Shown: piece after piece, positions 1-13,501 of the stretch | Layout: each line of letters begins with the position of its first letter | How positions within the stretch are numbered: the stretch's first letter is position 1 | Assembly (NCBI RefSeq): GCF_006345805.1 | Contig: NC_043011.1 | Coordinates: 25,370,464-25,434,463 of the forward strand | Direction of reading: 5' to 3' | Length of the DNA: 64,000 nt | From: Octopus sinensis | Lineage: Eukaryota | Notes under the pieces: generated by a model | Database searches by the model: none | Told to the model about the DNA's origin: nothing | Seen by the model: only the letters and a program-made list of their open reading frames with translations | Made by a program: the position numbers and the translations under genes

Positions 1-358
1 GTATGTATGTATGTATGTATGTATGTATGTATGTATGTATGCATGCATGCATGCATGCATGTATGTATGTATTTATGAATGTATGTATGTATGTATGTAT
101 GTATGTATGTATGTATGTATGTATGTATGTATGTGTACGTATACGTAATATATATGAATGAATGCATGTATGTATGTGAGCATGTATGTATATATGTATG
201 TGTGCATGTATGTATGTAATGTGTATGTATGCATGTATGTATGTATGTATGTATGTATGTGTGCATGTATATAATATGTATGAATGTATGTATGTATGTA
301 GCACATAGACAGTTGTATGCTAACATTTTAAATTGCTTTTTAATGTTTTATGTTTCAG

Positions 359-568
359 ATGAATGCAATCATGTGGTGATTCCAATACCAAAACAATTAA
401 ATGGTTCACAACATCAGACTTTTGGCAATACAAGTCTTGAAGATAGATGTTACAGCAATGACGATTGTCCTTTCCATGCTGACTGCCAACCTCGAAGTTG
501 CGATCTTTTCATTTGTATCTGTTCTGAAGGATATAGACAATCACCTGATAGGTCAAGATGTGTAAAAC
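359..568 (+). CDS. Gene 1 (Cys-rich EB/EGF-like single-pass membrane protein), internal exon type A: leading Cys + linker + 7-Cys domain; upstream exons lie outside the window
   Basis: tttcag| acceptor, |gtgaga donor, phase 1-1, 210 nt; translates ECNHVVIP...RCYSNDDCPFHADCQPRSCDLFICICSEGYRQSPDRSRCVK. Confidence 0.9.
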
Positions 569-629
569 GTGAGAATATTTAAGATTAATTTTACAATTTG
601 ATATTAGAATGTTTCATATTGTTTGATGA

Positions 630-1103
630 AATCGAAATTGGAATCAAATTCGATGACTGGCATCCGAGCTAGTGGAGTGCTAAGAGTACCATACAAACAA
701 GCTGGCCTCCGTGCCGATGGGCACGTAAAAAGCCCCATTCGAGTGTGATGGTTACCTGTGTCACCTTACTGGCACTTGTGCTGGTGGCACATGAAAAAAC
801 ATTCGAGCGAGGTCGTTGCCAGTACCACTGGACTGGTTCATGTGCAGGTGGCACATAAAAATCACCATTTGAGCGTGGCAGCTGCCACTATCACCTGTCT
901 GGCCCTCGTGCCGGTGGCACATAAAAGCGCCCACTATACTCTCGGAGTGGTTGGCATTAGGAAGGGCATCCAGCTGTAGAAACTCTGCTTGATCAGATTG
1001 GAGTCTAGTGCAGCCATCTGGTTCACCAGACCTCACTCAAAACGTCCAACCCATGCTAGCATGGAAGGCGGACGTTAAACGATGATGATGATGATGATGA
1101 TGA
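630..1103 (+). mobile_element. Copy of the RTE 3' UTR / RTE-dependent SINE with hairpin repeats and (GAT)n tail
   Basis: Shares gtggcacgtaaaa repeats and gtccaacccatgctagcatgg...taaacgatgatg end with 42230..42748. Confidence 0.85.
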
Positions 1104-1463
1104 TACCCCGCTATCTCAATAACTTGGTAATATTAATCTTATCTTTTTATCTTTCATTTTTTATTTGTTTTAGTCATTAGACTGTGGCCATGCTGGAGTA
1201 CCACCTTGAAGGGTTTTAGTTGAAAAAAATTCACCCCAGTATTTATTTTTAAGTATAATAATCATTCTGTTCTTTCAGTCTCTTTTGCTGAACTGCTAAG
1301 TTACGTGTATGAAAACAATCCCACACCACTTGTTAAGTGGTGGGGGAGGGGGACAAACACAAACACAAAGATGCACACGCTTAGCAGTTCAGTAAAAGAG
1401 ATCAGTGGAAAAAGTGCCAGACTTAAAGAAAACAAGTACTGGGACCTATTTGTTTGACCAAAC

Positions 1464-1828
1464 CAGGAGTCTCTCAACCATTTTCTATCTATGGACCCCT
1501 TTGATTACTATTTTATTCTGGTGGATCCCCATTGTCATTCAATGTTTAGAAACTAGTTTCAGAGAAACTTTTTTTCAAAATTCCTATTTTGTTCATCACA
1601 TATTAACTTGTTAAAATTGAACTAAATAAAATGTTAGAGAAAGAAACCTAACAATTCATACATCTAAAGCAAAAGAAACCTAACAATTCATAAAGCAACA
1701 TTTTTGAATATCATCAGGGGCCCTTAAAATACTATTGTGGATCCCCAATTTACTATTCCGTTGCATTGGCCTCCAAAAACCTTATATGGACCCTCAGGGA
1801 ACATATGGACCCCAGTTGTGAACTACTA
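1464..1828. mobile_element. hAT-type MITE inserted in a SINE
   Basis: Imperfect TIRs cagg...ctcaac / gttgtgaactacta; TSD gaccaaac/gactaaac (7 of 8). Confidence 0.65.
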
Positions 1829-2095
1829 GACTAAACCCTTCAAAGTTTTACCCCAGTATGGTTGCTGCCCTATGACAGAAACAACTAAAAAGAAAATAAT
1901 TAAAAAGAAAATAAACAAATTCAAAAACAAAACATGTGCATTCCATTGCCAAAAGTGTACACAAAACATACCCCATCAAAATTACCACCCCCCAAAAAAT
2001 AAACAGAAAACAAAATAAACTAAATATATAAAACATATATAGTAAGTATAGGAAACATAATAAAATGTGTTTTATTTATTTCTATGTCTTTTTAG

Positions 2096-2398
2096 TGTCC
2101 AAGCTTGGAGAGTCATGTAATAGTGACCTAAACTGTCCAAATGAATTTGCAGAGTGTACTTCTGGACAGTGTGTGTGCAAAGAGAATTTTTCACCAGTCT
2201 CAGACATGTATTGCAAGTATGCCGGAACTGTTGTTTATGGAGATGCTTGCAATGCCACTAATTCTTGTACTTACCCAGATACTGAATGTAATAATCGCTC
2301 ATGTCAGTGCCAAGAAAACTTCCGAGAGAAAACTGCCCAAGAAAGTCGTTCTTTTCCCGAGTTGATGTTTAGTTGCATCAAGAAGAATTTTTCATTAA
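2096..2398 (+). CDS. Gene 1 exon type B (two 6-Cys EB-like repeats)
   Basis: tttag| acceptor, |gtaaat donor, phase 1-1, 303 nt, 12 Cys (SKLGESCNSDLNC...SCIKKNFSL). Confidence 0.9.
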
Positions 2399-3641
2399 GT
2401 AAATATATCCTTAACAAATTTACAACAACAACAACAAGAATAATAATAATAAAAATAATCAATTCTTTTATTGGTCACAAGGGCTTACATAAAGTTACAT
2501 GAAGAGACAAAGACAGGATGATACAAATGAGTTTTAAAAGCGTGTAAACAAAAAATAACATAGAAAATTTGGTTTTGGTATGGTAGGTATTGTTGCTGCC
2601 ATGGTTTATGTTGCTGATGTTGATGGTGCTGTTGTCGGTGTTGGGATGAGAGGCACCCTTTTTTCTTTCAGTTTAGGGAAGAAAGCTTTTAAGTGAGTGG
2701 TTGAAAGGCAAATGTGGCTCTTTGCCTTCATTCTATGCAGATGATGGTGGACTCTCCCATCAAAGACGACACATGAGTGTTCAGCTTTTGCTGAATGACC
2801 TGCATAAGTGATTTGTTTACATTGATCAAATGTTCATGCTGTACATTAGCTCACTCCCTCCATCAAATCGACATTGCCTGAACAGATGCACTGTGTACCC
2901 TGAATCAGGTGTTGAGGTGATCGCAGAGCAACATGAGATGAAGCATTTCGTTCAAGAACACAAGGCAGCAAGCTGGTAGAATTGTTAGTGCATGGTACAA
3001 AATACTTACTGGCACTTCTTTCTGCTTTATGTACTGAGTTCAAATTCCTTCAAGGTCAGTTTTGCTTTTCATCCTTTTGGGGTTGATAAAATAATTACTA
3101 GTTGAGCACCAAAGGTGATATTATTGACTCATCCCAACCTTCATAATTTCAGAGGAAAGAATTATGAATTATTGACGTAGACATGGTTGTGTTATTACGA
3201 AGAATTTTTTTTTCTTTTTTGCAATCATGTAGTTTTAAGTTCTTTCCCATTGTGTGGCACCTTGGGCAAGTACTTTCTTTATTAGCCTTAAGTCAACCAG
3301 TTTCTTGTGAGTGAAATTTGGTAGTTAGAAACTTCTTGAAAAGTCCTCAATATCAGTCAAATGGTTAACTACCAGATCACTCTTGCATATCTCATTCTCA
3401 TTTACAATTTTATCTGATGTTACATGTGTAGTCAACAACTACAATAATTTGACCGCCATATCTCTGAATTATATTCTGTTTCTACATTTTGTATTATCAG
3501 CAATGTAATTGTTTTGTAACCATGTGGTTTTCACATCAATCCCTCTGCAAAGCACTGTGGACAAGTGCCTTCTACTACAGTTCCACACAGGCCATTGCCC
3601 TGTGAGTTAATTTGGCAGATGGAAACTATAATGAAACCCAT

Positions 3642-3748
<107 letters not shown>

Positions 3749-4494
3749 GTAACGGTTAATTCTTCGTTGCAGTTGAGGGTCACCAATTTGTAACGGTTAT
3801 GAAGTTGGTTGCCATTAGTAAGATGAAAGAAGAACAGTGATCAAAGTTGTAAAGAAATATTTATTTACTATTACTTTGTATATTGCCATGCCTCGACGGG
3901 CAGGTGTATGTATCATATAAAAACAGTAGAGTTATCTTTTCCTATATGTTGTTGCTGTTATGTTTGGTCAACTACTAGCTGCCTAACTAGGAATTAGAGG
4001 AAGATAGAGTGAATGTTAAGTGTAGGAAGTTGATAAAATGATACCTTCATTGTGCCTGACATTTAAACAGCAGTAGTGTTGGGATAAGACACTGTATCAT
4101 AGTTGAAATTCTCACTGTAAGCCTTCTCTTAGTTGAATTATCTCACTAACTAGGTTCTTCTTCCTGTCACCTCTGTGTCATCTCCTTTTTTACCAACTAC
4201 GGTGTTTTAATATTTATAATTATCCAAACTAGTTAGAAGGAGAGACATATTGTTGGGAACAGTAGATTTTGTTGGAGGTCTGTTATCTCTATTCTAGCTT
4301 TTGGTGGCCTAGAAGGGGTTAGAAGGATCAAGTGGTGAAGACATTATTCTGCTTAGCAAAAGTATCTGGCAAATGTAACTGCTGTCACTCACAGAAAAAC
4401 TATTGTTGAACTGTCGAACTGTCGAACTGTTGAAGTGCTGTCGAACTGTTAAGTGAAATATGCCTGCATAAAGCCACTAAACACACACACACAC

Positions 4495-4545
<51 letters not shown>

Positions 4546-4547
4546 TA

Positions 4548-4578
<31 letters not shown>

Positions 4579-4909
4579 AAATAATATAATATAGATAATA
4601 TATTTATGTATACACACACACATATATATGCATATATGGGTACAGGACATCACCAACAGTAAATGACATGAAATAAGAAAACAAATGAGTTAAATATGCA
4701 GATAATGAGAGAAATAAAAAGGACAAATAATACATAGAATGACCCTTCATCAGTCATCAGCTGTGTATCTACTCCCCATTTCGAGCAATCAACAAGTTCA
4801 AATAGAAAGGCATGGCTTATGTTGCAGCTGTCTTGATTCTGATTTGGCAGCTACCTTGGTCTTCTTTTTAGGCTCAAAATAGACTGTCACATGACACTAA
4901 TCTACAAGC

Positions 4910-5791
4910 GTAGGGGGAAACGCACAAAAGATTATAAATTTAATTACGTGTTCACTCTCTACAAACACTTTACAGAAAACATTCAGAGCATTGATTGTTT
5001 GGATATGCTCAGTGAACCATATCAGCCTTAACTTACAATGCCAAACATTGTCACTTGAACATAGCAATAAACCTACAAAAATTTCTAAGACCAGTTATGT
5101 GACTATCTTCTAACAATCAAATCCTATTCAAAACATATACTAATTTGAGCCATGAACTCCCTATGAAAATATGGCAAGCTTCAAACACTAGTCAGAAGCA
5201 AGACAGCTGCAATATAAGCCACATCTTTCTATGTGAGCTTTTTGAAAATCAGTGTTAAACTCTGAAACCGGTTAAAGCTTTAAATATTAATAAAAAATAA
5301 CTTAACTATTCTCAGTGCATTTTCAACCTGTGTCAAATAAAATAACTTTGTAGGGGGAAACGCACAAAAGATTATAAATTTAATTACGTGTTCACTCTCT
5401 ACAAACACTTTACAGAAAACATTCAGAGCATTGATTGTTTGGATATGCTCAGTGAACCATATCAGCCTTAACTTACAATGCCAAACATTGTCACTTGAAC
5501 ATAGCAATAAACCTACAAAAATTTCTAAGACCAGTTATGTGACTATCTTCTAACAATCAAATCCTATTCAAAACATATACTAATTTGAGCCATGAACTCC
5601 CTATGAAAATAGGGCAAGCTTCAAACACTAGTCAGAAGCAAGACAGCTGCAATATAAGCCACATCTTTCTATGTGAGCTTTTTGAAAATCAGTGTTAAAC
5701 TCTGAAACCGGTTAAAGCTTTAAATATATTAATAAAAAATAACTTAACTATTCTCAGTGCATTTTCAACCTGTGTCAAATAAAATAACTTT
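4910..5791. repeat. Near-perfect 440-bp tandem duplication
   Basis: 4910..5349 vs 5350..5791; differences seen are one substitution and a 2-nt insertion. Confidence 0.95.
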
Positions 5792-5796
5792 GTTTT

Positions 5797-5833
<37 letters not shown>

Positions 5834-5834
<1 letters not shown>

Positions 5835-6194
5835 TAGCAGTATTGCCCAGCGTTACTCGGGTTTGTTTTGACCCTTTAGAATTGGAATTATTGAAAAGTA
5901 AAAATTTTGCATTATGTAGCTTGTTATTTTCTTTAAGTGAACATTTTTCTAGTTGAAATACATCAGAAAATGGCGACACAGCAGTCAAACAATCGTAAAA
6001 AATAGGGATTTTCATAGAAAAAAAGTACCTTTTTGATGTAAATAATTTTTGGTCTTAAAATTTTATTTTCTACGGAAGGAAGAGCAAGCCTTCTTCTATC
6101 ATACCCTCAATTTTGGTCAACTTGCGCCGCAGGGTCACGGAGGAGATAGTGTAAGTTGAAGGCTACCAAACCTGCCATACACAGACAACTTCAG

Positions 6195-6200
<6 letters not shown>
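5834..6200 (-). mobile_element. Non-autonomous Helitron in (TA)n
   Basis: Reverse complement of cccgagtaacgctgggcaatactgctag 3' end; 5' end merges with (TA)n. Confidence 0.75.
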
Positions 6201-6242
<42 letters not shown>

Positions 6243-6619
6243 GCACACATAAATATGTATATATGTGTGTGTGTGTTTTTTAGGTATGCACGTATGTGAG
6301 TGTTTTTGTTTCTTTGTCATGATATCATGTAATTGTACATGAACTTCAGTCATTTCCAATATTCCAGGAAAACTTATCTGGCCATGGGGAAGTAATTGCT
6401 TTGCTTAGAAGCAGGTAAGGATTGGTGACAGGGTGGGCCACTGGCTATAGAAAACTACTCCAATAAAAACTCTGTTAGACCCATGCTTGCATTAAAAAAT
6501 GAAAGTTAAACTGATGATGATGATAATGATGATGATGATGATGATGATGATATTTCTTATTGAATTTACAGAATCTAGAGGATTATAGACAGTTCTCTTG
6601 CTCTTTATTATTATGATAG

Positions 6620-6868
6620 ATATGTGCCAAGGAATTCCAGTCACAAACTTGTCTCAGTCACAAACGGAAGAAGTTAGCAGTGTGGTGTTCAGCAGATTTA
6701 AACGTGATGTCCCTACCATCCAACAGAAAGTTAAAATTTATGAAAACTGCAGCGAAGATACAGATTGCCCAGAAGATGCATCATGTGTTGCACACAAATG
6801 CAATGATTACAGATGTGTGTGTAGTACAGGTTACCAACCATCAACTGATAAGAATACTTGCATACGAG
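6620..6868 (+). CDS. Gene 1 exon type A with RFKR furin-like site
   Basis: gatag| acceptor, |gttggt donor, phase 1-1, 249 nt; MCQGIPV...SRFKRDV...CSEDTDCPEDASCVAHKCNDYRCVCSTGYQPSTDKNTCIR; paralogous to 359..568. Confidence 0.88.
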
Positions 6869-7479
6869 GTTGGTTAAATACTTAAATTAAAGAATTTTTG
6901 TCAGTCTAGGGGTGGAATTAAATATGAAGGAATGAAAAAAGTTAAAAAATAAAAATAAAATTAATGACTTGTAAGGATACAGTATTTGGTTATGAAACCA
7001 TTTGGTTATGTATTTGGTTATGCAACGATGATATTTTACAAAGTATATTAAATGCTTTTATAAGTCAATACAGTGTTCTACTGTGTTAGCAGTGCTATTA
7101 CATCACTTCTTAAGGTTATCTCTACAGATTTTCTTTAGAAATTATATCCAGCACTGGTTTTGTTATGTTGTTTCATAAGGTTAACTGGTAAAAATGAAAT
7201 AGGATATTGTTCCTTTAAAGAAAGGTAAGTCTGAAGAAGAAATAATATCTATTAAAAAAAAAAGAAGAATTGGTTCCATTTGTATGCCACTGTCGATTTA
7301 TGACTTAATATTAAGGTGGAAGAAAATGATTAAGGGAAGCTGCTTAGATACTGACTGTTTGGCACCACTGAGTAGACATTTAGCCTATTTTGGCGATAGT
7401 ACATTTTGAGCCTGGAGGTGGAAAATACATACACATGTATGAGGGTGCAGGAATGTACACATACAGATAAAAAGAGAGA

Positions 7480-7535
<56 letters not shown>

Positions 7536-7729
7536 ATTGAAACATCTGAGGTCAAATAAATTAGCATTGAATAATCAGTGGTACCAAACAAGTGGATTGA
7601 AAACAGTTGTGCCAAAGCGTCTCATCTCCTATTAAGAATAGTTAAACATGGTCAACTTGGAACATTTACTCATGAACAAAAACTGTAATAATCGTTTGAA
7701 TTTCTTGTATTATCTAATACTTTTTTCAG

Positions 7730-8029
7730 TGGCCCAAATCGGTCAGCCATGTAATAGGACTGTGAAGTGTGATCCATCTATAGCCGAATGTAGACCAAGT
7801 GGAAAGTGTGACTGCAAATTTCCTCTATTGCTTCAGAATAACTACTGCGCTCTTCCAAATAAGTTACTCTTAGGAGAAAACTGCACCTATTCTAACCAAT
7901 GTGATGTAAGTCACAGACTTTATTGCTTTGAGAGTTCCTGCCAGTGCTTGCCTGGATTAATCTCAGCACCTGAGATAGAGAAAGATTTTGTCTTCAACCA
8001 TATGTGCCTTCCACAAAATAATTCTTTTG
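7730..8029 (+). CDS. Gene 1 exon type B
   Basis: ttttttcag| acceptor, |gtaagt donor, phase 1-1, 300 nt, 12 Cys (VAQIGQPCNRTVKC...MCLPQNNSF). Confidence 0.92.
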
Positions 8030-8767
8030 GTAAGTAAATGATAAGTCCTCCCATCAACCAATAAAATGTTTTAAACAGTTTTAATTGCATTTAATCTCAT
8101 TTGTTGGTATTTTCTTTTTTTTTAAGAATAACAATAGCCTGGGCAAAGTTCAGAGAGCTCCTACCTCTGCTGGTGACAAAGTTGTATCCAGCCCAAATAT
8201 TATATCTGTTTTATGCACAGATTGGCCATATTCAGTCTCTCATACCTACCCTACAATTCTAAAAATAAGCTATCACATCATCGAAATTCCAAAACAAAAA
8301 TATAATGCATGAATATTTCAAAATAATGGGTTCATATTTTGGCATAAGGCCAGCAATTTCAGGGAGGGATCAATTTGATTACATCAACCCCAGTACTCAT
8401 CTGGTACTAATTTTATCAACTTCAAAAGGATGAAAGGCAAAGGTGGAATTTGAATCTGAACATAAAGATGGATGAGACGTTGTCAAGCATTTTGCCTGGC
8501 GTGATAACGATTTTGCCAGCTCACCACCTTTTGAGTAATTCAAAATAATGTGAATAAATAAGCATTACATTTGGTAAGGTAATATGAATGCTAAAGGGTT
8601 AATGTATGACAGGTGCAGGTGTGGCTGTGTAGGTTAGAAGTTTGCTTCCCAACTACATGATTTTGGGTTCAAACCTACTGTGTTGCATCTTGGGCAAGTG
8701 TCTTTTACTTATAATCCCAGGCCAGCCACTATCTTTTGACTAGATTTGGTCACTAGAAAGAGTGAGA

Positions 8768-8999
8768 GGCGAGCTGGCAGAAATGTTAGCACACTAGGCG
8801 AAATGCTTAGCAGTATTTTGTCTGCCATTACGTTCTGAGTTCAAATTCCGCCAAGGTCGACTTTGCCTTTCATCCTTTCGAGGTCGATAAATTAAGTACC
8901 AGTTACGCACTGTGGTCGATATAATCGACTTAATCCCTTTGTCTGTCCTTGTTTGTCCTCTCTATGTTTAGCCTCTTGTGGGCAATAAAGAAATAAGAT
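8768..8999 (+). mobile_element. tRNA-derived SINE (family with many copies in the window)
   Basis: ggcgagctggcagaa head, gagttcaaattcc B-box, TSD agagtgaga at 8759-8767 and 9000-9008. Confidence 0.85.
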
Positions 9000-9361
9000 A
9001 GAGTGAGAGGCTTTGGCTGACCCGACCCAGGACAATAGTAGAAGACACTTGCTTAAGGTGCCATACAATGGGATAGAACTTGAGATCACATTGTTGGGAA
9101 GCAAGCTTCTTAACCACACACCAAGGACTACTATAATGGACATTTGATGTTCAGGACATATGTTGGCCCACAATTCATTGAAAAAAAAAAAACCCAGAAA
9201 AGAAGTTCTTGTAGAATAGTTTTGGAAGAAAACAAACAAGAACAAGACAGAAGTTTCTAGTTTATAAATTTTGTTTATACAATTATTTTGTGTTTATTTG
9301 TTGCTTTCTTCAAGATTTTCCTTTACAAATAATCATGGACTGTTTATTTTATTCCTTTCAG

Positions 9362-9643
9362 ACCCATGCAGCAATGCTTCCTCAACAGAAGAACTGTTTG
9401 AGCCAACAAGAATTACATATTCAAAGTCAAATTATAGTGAATTAACAGGCTGGCGTAATGCCTCAAAGTTAAATTATACTGAATTCTCACATTGGGTTAA
9501 TACCTCAAAATTAAATAATAACAATGATAATGATGATAGTAATGATGATGATAATAACAATAATGATGATGATAATGGTGATGATGATGATAACGATGAT
9601 GATAATAATAATAATGATAGCATTAATAACAGCACAAATAAAG
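9362..9643 (+). CDS. Gene 1 linker exon (leading Cys, N-glycosylation sequons, Asn/Asp-rich tract)
   Basis: cctttcag| acceptor, |gtaagt donor, phase 1-1, 282 nt, open frame DPCSNASS...NNNNDNDDS...NNSTNK. Confidence 0.82.
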
Positions 9644-10458
9644 GTAAGTCATAAATGAAATTTAGTTTTAGGAAAATGAAAATTTCACATTTGAAAATGA
9701 GAATGAGTTATGTTTGGTAGTTTGTGTTATGAAATGGCATACTATGAAAAATATAATATTCATGTAATTGCTCTCAATGACAACTAAAATCTATGGAAGT
9801 AAAATCTAATTCAGTAACTAACAAGTGTTAGTTACTGAATTAAAAAAAATGGAAGTTGAAAATAAAAGCAGCTTTCCTATTGCAAGGCCAAAAAATATTT
9901 TGATGGAAAATAGTTGTGGTCCTTGGTCCATAGGCAGGCTATTGATGTGCCTCTCCCAGGACTAGTTAGTTTTTAAATGTTTCTGTAACTTTGATTTTCT
10001 TCTAAGTAGGGATGTTGGCTCTATGCAAACCCATTTTACCCCTGGGAAGAAGTGATCCATATTAGTTTGGCCTTTATCCTTTGATCTGACCTGCATGGGA
10101 GGCCCTACCTGGAACTGTAATTCAGAGTCACTGAGGTGCCCAGGCTACCATATTGCAACAAGAGCTTGACCTTCCATTTGACTGGTTTCTTTACAATTCC
10201 CCTCTATCTGAATTTACCTGCAATACCTTGGTTAACTGGATCTCAGATGTTTTAGATATATGTCCATTAAGCGTAACATTAGGTTTTCTATAAGTCAGGA
10301 CTGATATAAAGTTCACAAAAACATTGTATTATACAAAATCTGTTGGAAGACTTGTTTGTGTATCATTTATGTGTAATTTTTGTATATATTAATATTTGAA
10401 ATATTTCATATTAATAATTGAATGAATTTAATAATATTGTATTATTTTATATTCATAG

Positions 10459-10671
10459 AATCTTCAATACAAATTGAAAGTTTACTGGAATATGATGAAA
10501 ATATCACTATGGAAATAGCAGATATACAAGTATCAACACAAAATATTGGATCAAACTGCACAACAGACATTCATTGTTCCAGCAACAGTGTTTGTACTCA
10601 GAATTCTTGTGGCATATACTTGTGTACATGTCGTAAAGGTTTCTTTGAGATAGAAGGGCTTTGTAGAAAAG
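10459..10671 (+). CDS. Gene 1 exon type A (7-Cys domain)
   Basis: ttcatag| acceptor, |gtatgt donor, phase 1-1, 213 nt; IGSNCTTDIHCSSNSVCTQNSCGIYLCTCRKGFFEIEGLCRK. Confidence 0.9.
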
Positions 10672-13201
10672 GTATGTACATTAAGATATACATCTATCCT
10701 TGTTTATCATAGATGTTTGATTTAAAAGAAAACTGTGTTAAATGAATCAATGACAAATGAATAATAAAACAAATGAGAAAATTAGGTTTTGCTCCAAGAT
10801 CCCAAGTTGCCCTAAGCTTGATGGATGGTCAGCAGGGTGTGCTTTTGTGGTTGAAGCAGAAATTTTGACTGGTTATTGATCTGTGCTATCATGGTTCAAT
10901 TTGTGACAAGCTTAATGCAGTTCACAATGAGTATGTCATGTTATCCCAGATCAGTGATGACTGAATTAATGTTAAACAAGGTTAGATTTATATCACTAAA
11001 AGATGAAATAATGAAACTATAGAAAATATATTTCATTTTTATTTCATCTAGTTTCAGCTCATGAGCTGTGGCCATGCTGGGGCACCGCCATTTAAATATG
11101 TGGCGGTTGTCCTGTAACATATCAGGATATTGGGCTGCAAGTGAAGGTTTGTTGTTGCTCTTTAGTTCTAGGTAATTTTTGATTGAGCAGAGCTATGATC
11201 AAATGCATTCAAATCATGACCACTCTATATTTTCTATTCAGCTATAGAGTATCTAAGGCTACACTCACTATACAAAGTGGTTGACTGGCAGAGCCATTAG
11301 AATGTTGGACAGAAAGTATTGTGACATTTATTCTGGCTCTCTGCCTTCTGAGTCCAAATTCTGCTGAGATCAAATGTGTTTTTCATCCTTTCAGGGTCAA
11401 TATATAACATACTAGTCTAGTGCTGATGCAGTCCTTTCTCCTAGTTATCACATCCTGAATGTTCTGCACAATCAAAAGTGGGAGAGTTGTGATGGATTTT
11501 TGGATACTTGTAACATATATAGGTACCTAAAGCCTTTAGCAAAACATGGTACATGCCGATACCAAATCACCTATGATTGCAAGTGACGACCATAGTTTAG
11601 TTTTTCTTGCTATCCCATGTGTCCCTCCTTTTTTTTTTAATATATTAAGTTGTGATTTGATGTTTACTTGGCTACTGTATCTAGCAAGTAAAGTAACTTC
11701 CTGAGTCAGTTTGTGAAAAACTTTTGTTTTCGTGTAATGTATTTAGGACAAATCAGCCTATAGGGGTCCATATCTATGTCAGGATTTGAACTCATTACAA
11801 GTGAATGAAACACAGTTCTCTTGCAACAACAAATGGCATGATATGAATTGTAGAAATACATGCACAGGAAAACTGAAGTATTTGCTCTGTTGAAAATAAT
11901 TGGCCTTTCAGAACTACTAATGCAGTGAATTTATATGTTTATATACAGAATGTGAGTGTTTACATCTCATGTGACATTTTTACATATTGGTTAATTTCTA
12001 GGAAAAATTTATATCTACTATATAAACGAGAGTGTATGTGTGTATATCACAGAGAAGCTCCAAAACGGCACTTCCTTAAGAAAACGAATTTGATTTTCAA
12101 AATCTGTGTCCTAATGGGAAGATTTTTGATAATTAGTAAAAACAAAATTATTTGCTACAAGAAATAACTCAACTTTTAGATCACCAATTTACCTCTCTCT
12201 ATCTGTCTATCAGGCTCTACCTGCCTATTATACTTTCCCCTCTCTATATATGTTTACCACACTCTTTATCACTCTCTGTAGATGTATATCTCTCATACAT
12301 GCTGCTTCCCCACCTCTCTCTTGATATTACATGTAATGCAATATCAAGGGCTTCTGTCTATCTTTATGTAAATTATTTACATGCCTGTTTGACCATTTCA
12401 CATGACTTTATTCCTTAAAACTTATTAAAACTTCTAACAACTTTCGTTGTTGTAATGTTTTGCTTTCATTTTGTTAAAAACTTTATTGTCAATGTTTTTG
12501 CTTTCATTTTGTGATAGATGGCTATCATGCAGAAAATGCTAGCTTCCAAATCTTGTTTTTCTGATTGGGTAAAAATGATCAAAATTTAAACTACTGTAGT
12601 ATTTTACTAAAATTTTTCTGGAATAAAGTAATCACAAAATTAGATTCAGAGTAAAAAATTACATCAATATACTAAATTTGAACATTTTCATTTGATTTTA
12701 AAATTTAAAAATCTGCGACAGTAACAGAAATAAATCCCTCTTTCTGTGTGTCGCTCTCTGTCTTTTAAAATTTCCTCATTGTAAACGTTCCCCCTCTTCC
12801 CTATATGGGAAGAGGGGGAACGTTTCAGGGTCAATAATAAGTACTAGTTGAACACTGGGGTTGATGTAATCGACTTAATCTCCCCTGAAATTGCTGGCCT
12901 TGTGCCAAAATTTGAAACCAGAGGCAGTGATCTGGTAGAATCATAAGCATGCCAGGTAAAATAATTAGTAGCATTTCATCTATCTTTAAGTCTGAGTTCA
13001 AATTTCACAGAGGTCAGTTTTACCTTTCATCCTTTTGAGATTGATAACTAAGTACCAGTTGAGCACTGGGGTTAATGTAATCGACTTACCCCCTCCCCCG
13101 AAATTGCTGGCCTTGTGCCAAAACTTAATACTGATATCACTTATATTATCCATGTTTTAAATCTTTTTGTTTTCCTCTCATCTTACTTTTGTATTGATCA
13201 G

Positions 13202-13501
13202 TTGCTGGCATTGGAAGAGAGTGCAATAGCACAACAGTTTGCTACCCTTCCTCAACAGAATGTAAACCCAGACAGCGCTGTGGCTGCAAGTTCCCATTTG
13301 TGTTGAAAAATGGCTTTTGTGTGTTACCTGGAAAATCACTTGTAAATGAACAGTGCACCACTACTGCTGATTGTGCAGCTGAACAGCATCTGAAGTGTAA
13401 GGATGGCATATGTCAGTGCATGCCAGAATTTATTTTGGTTTCTGTTAAGGATTTCAGCCAGTTACCAGGAGAGATGTGCATTCCAGTCAACTCACATGCT
13501 G
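13202..13501 (+). CDS. Gene 1 exon type B
   Basis: gatcag| acceptor after a pyrimidine tract, |gtgagt donor, phase 1-1, 300 nt, 12 Cys (VAGIGRECNSTTVC...MCIPVNSHA); clear paralogue of 7730..8029. Confidence 0.92.
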
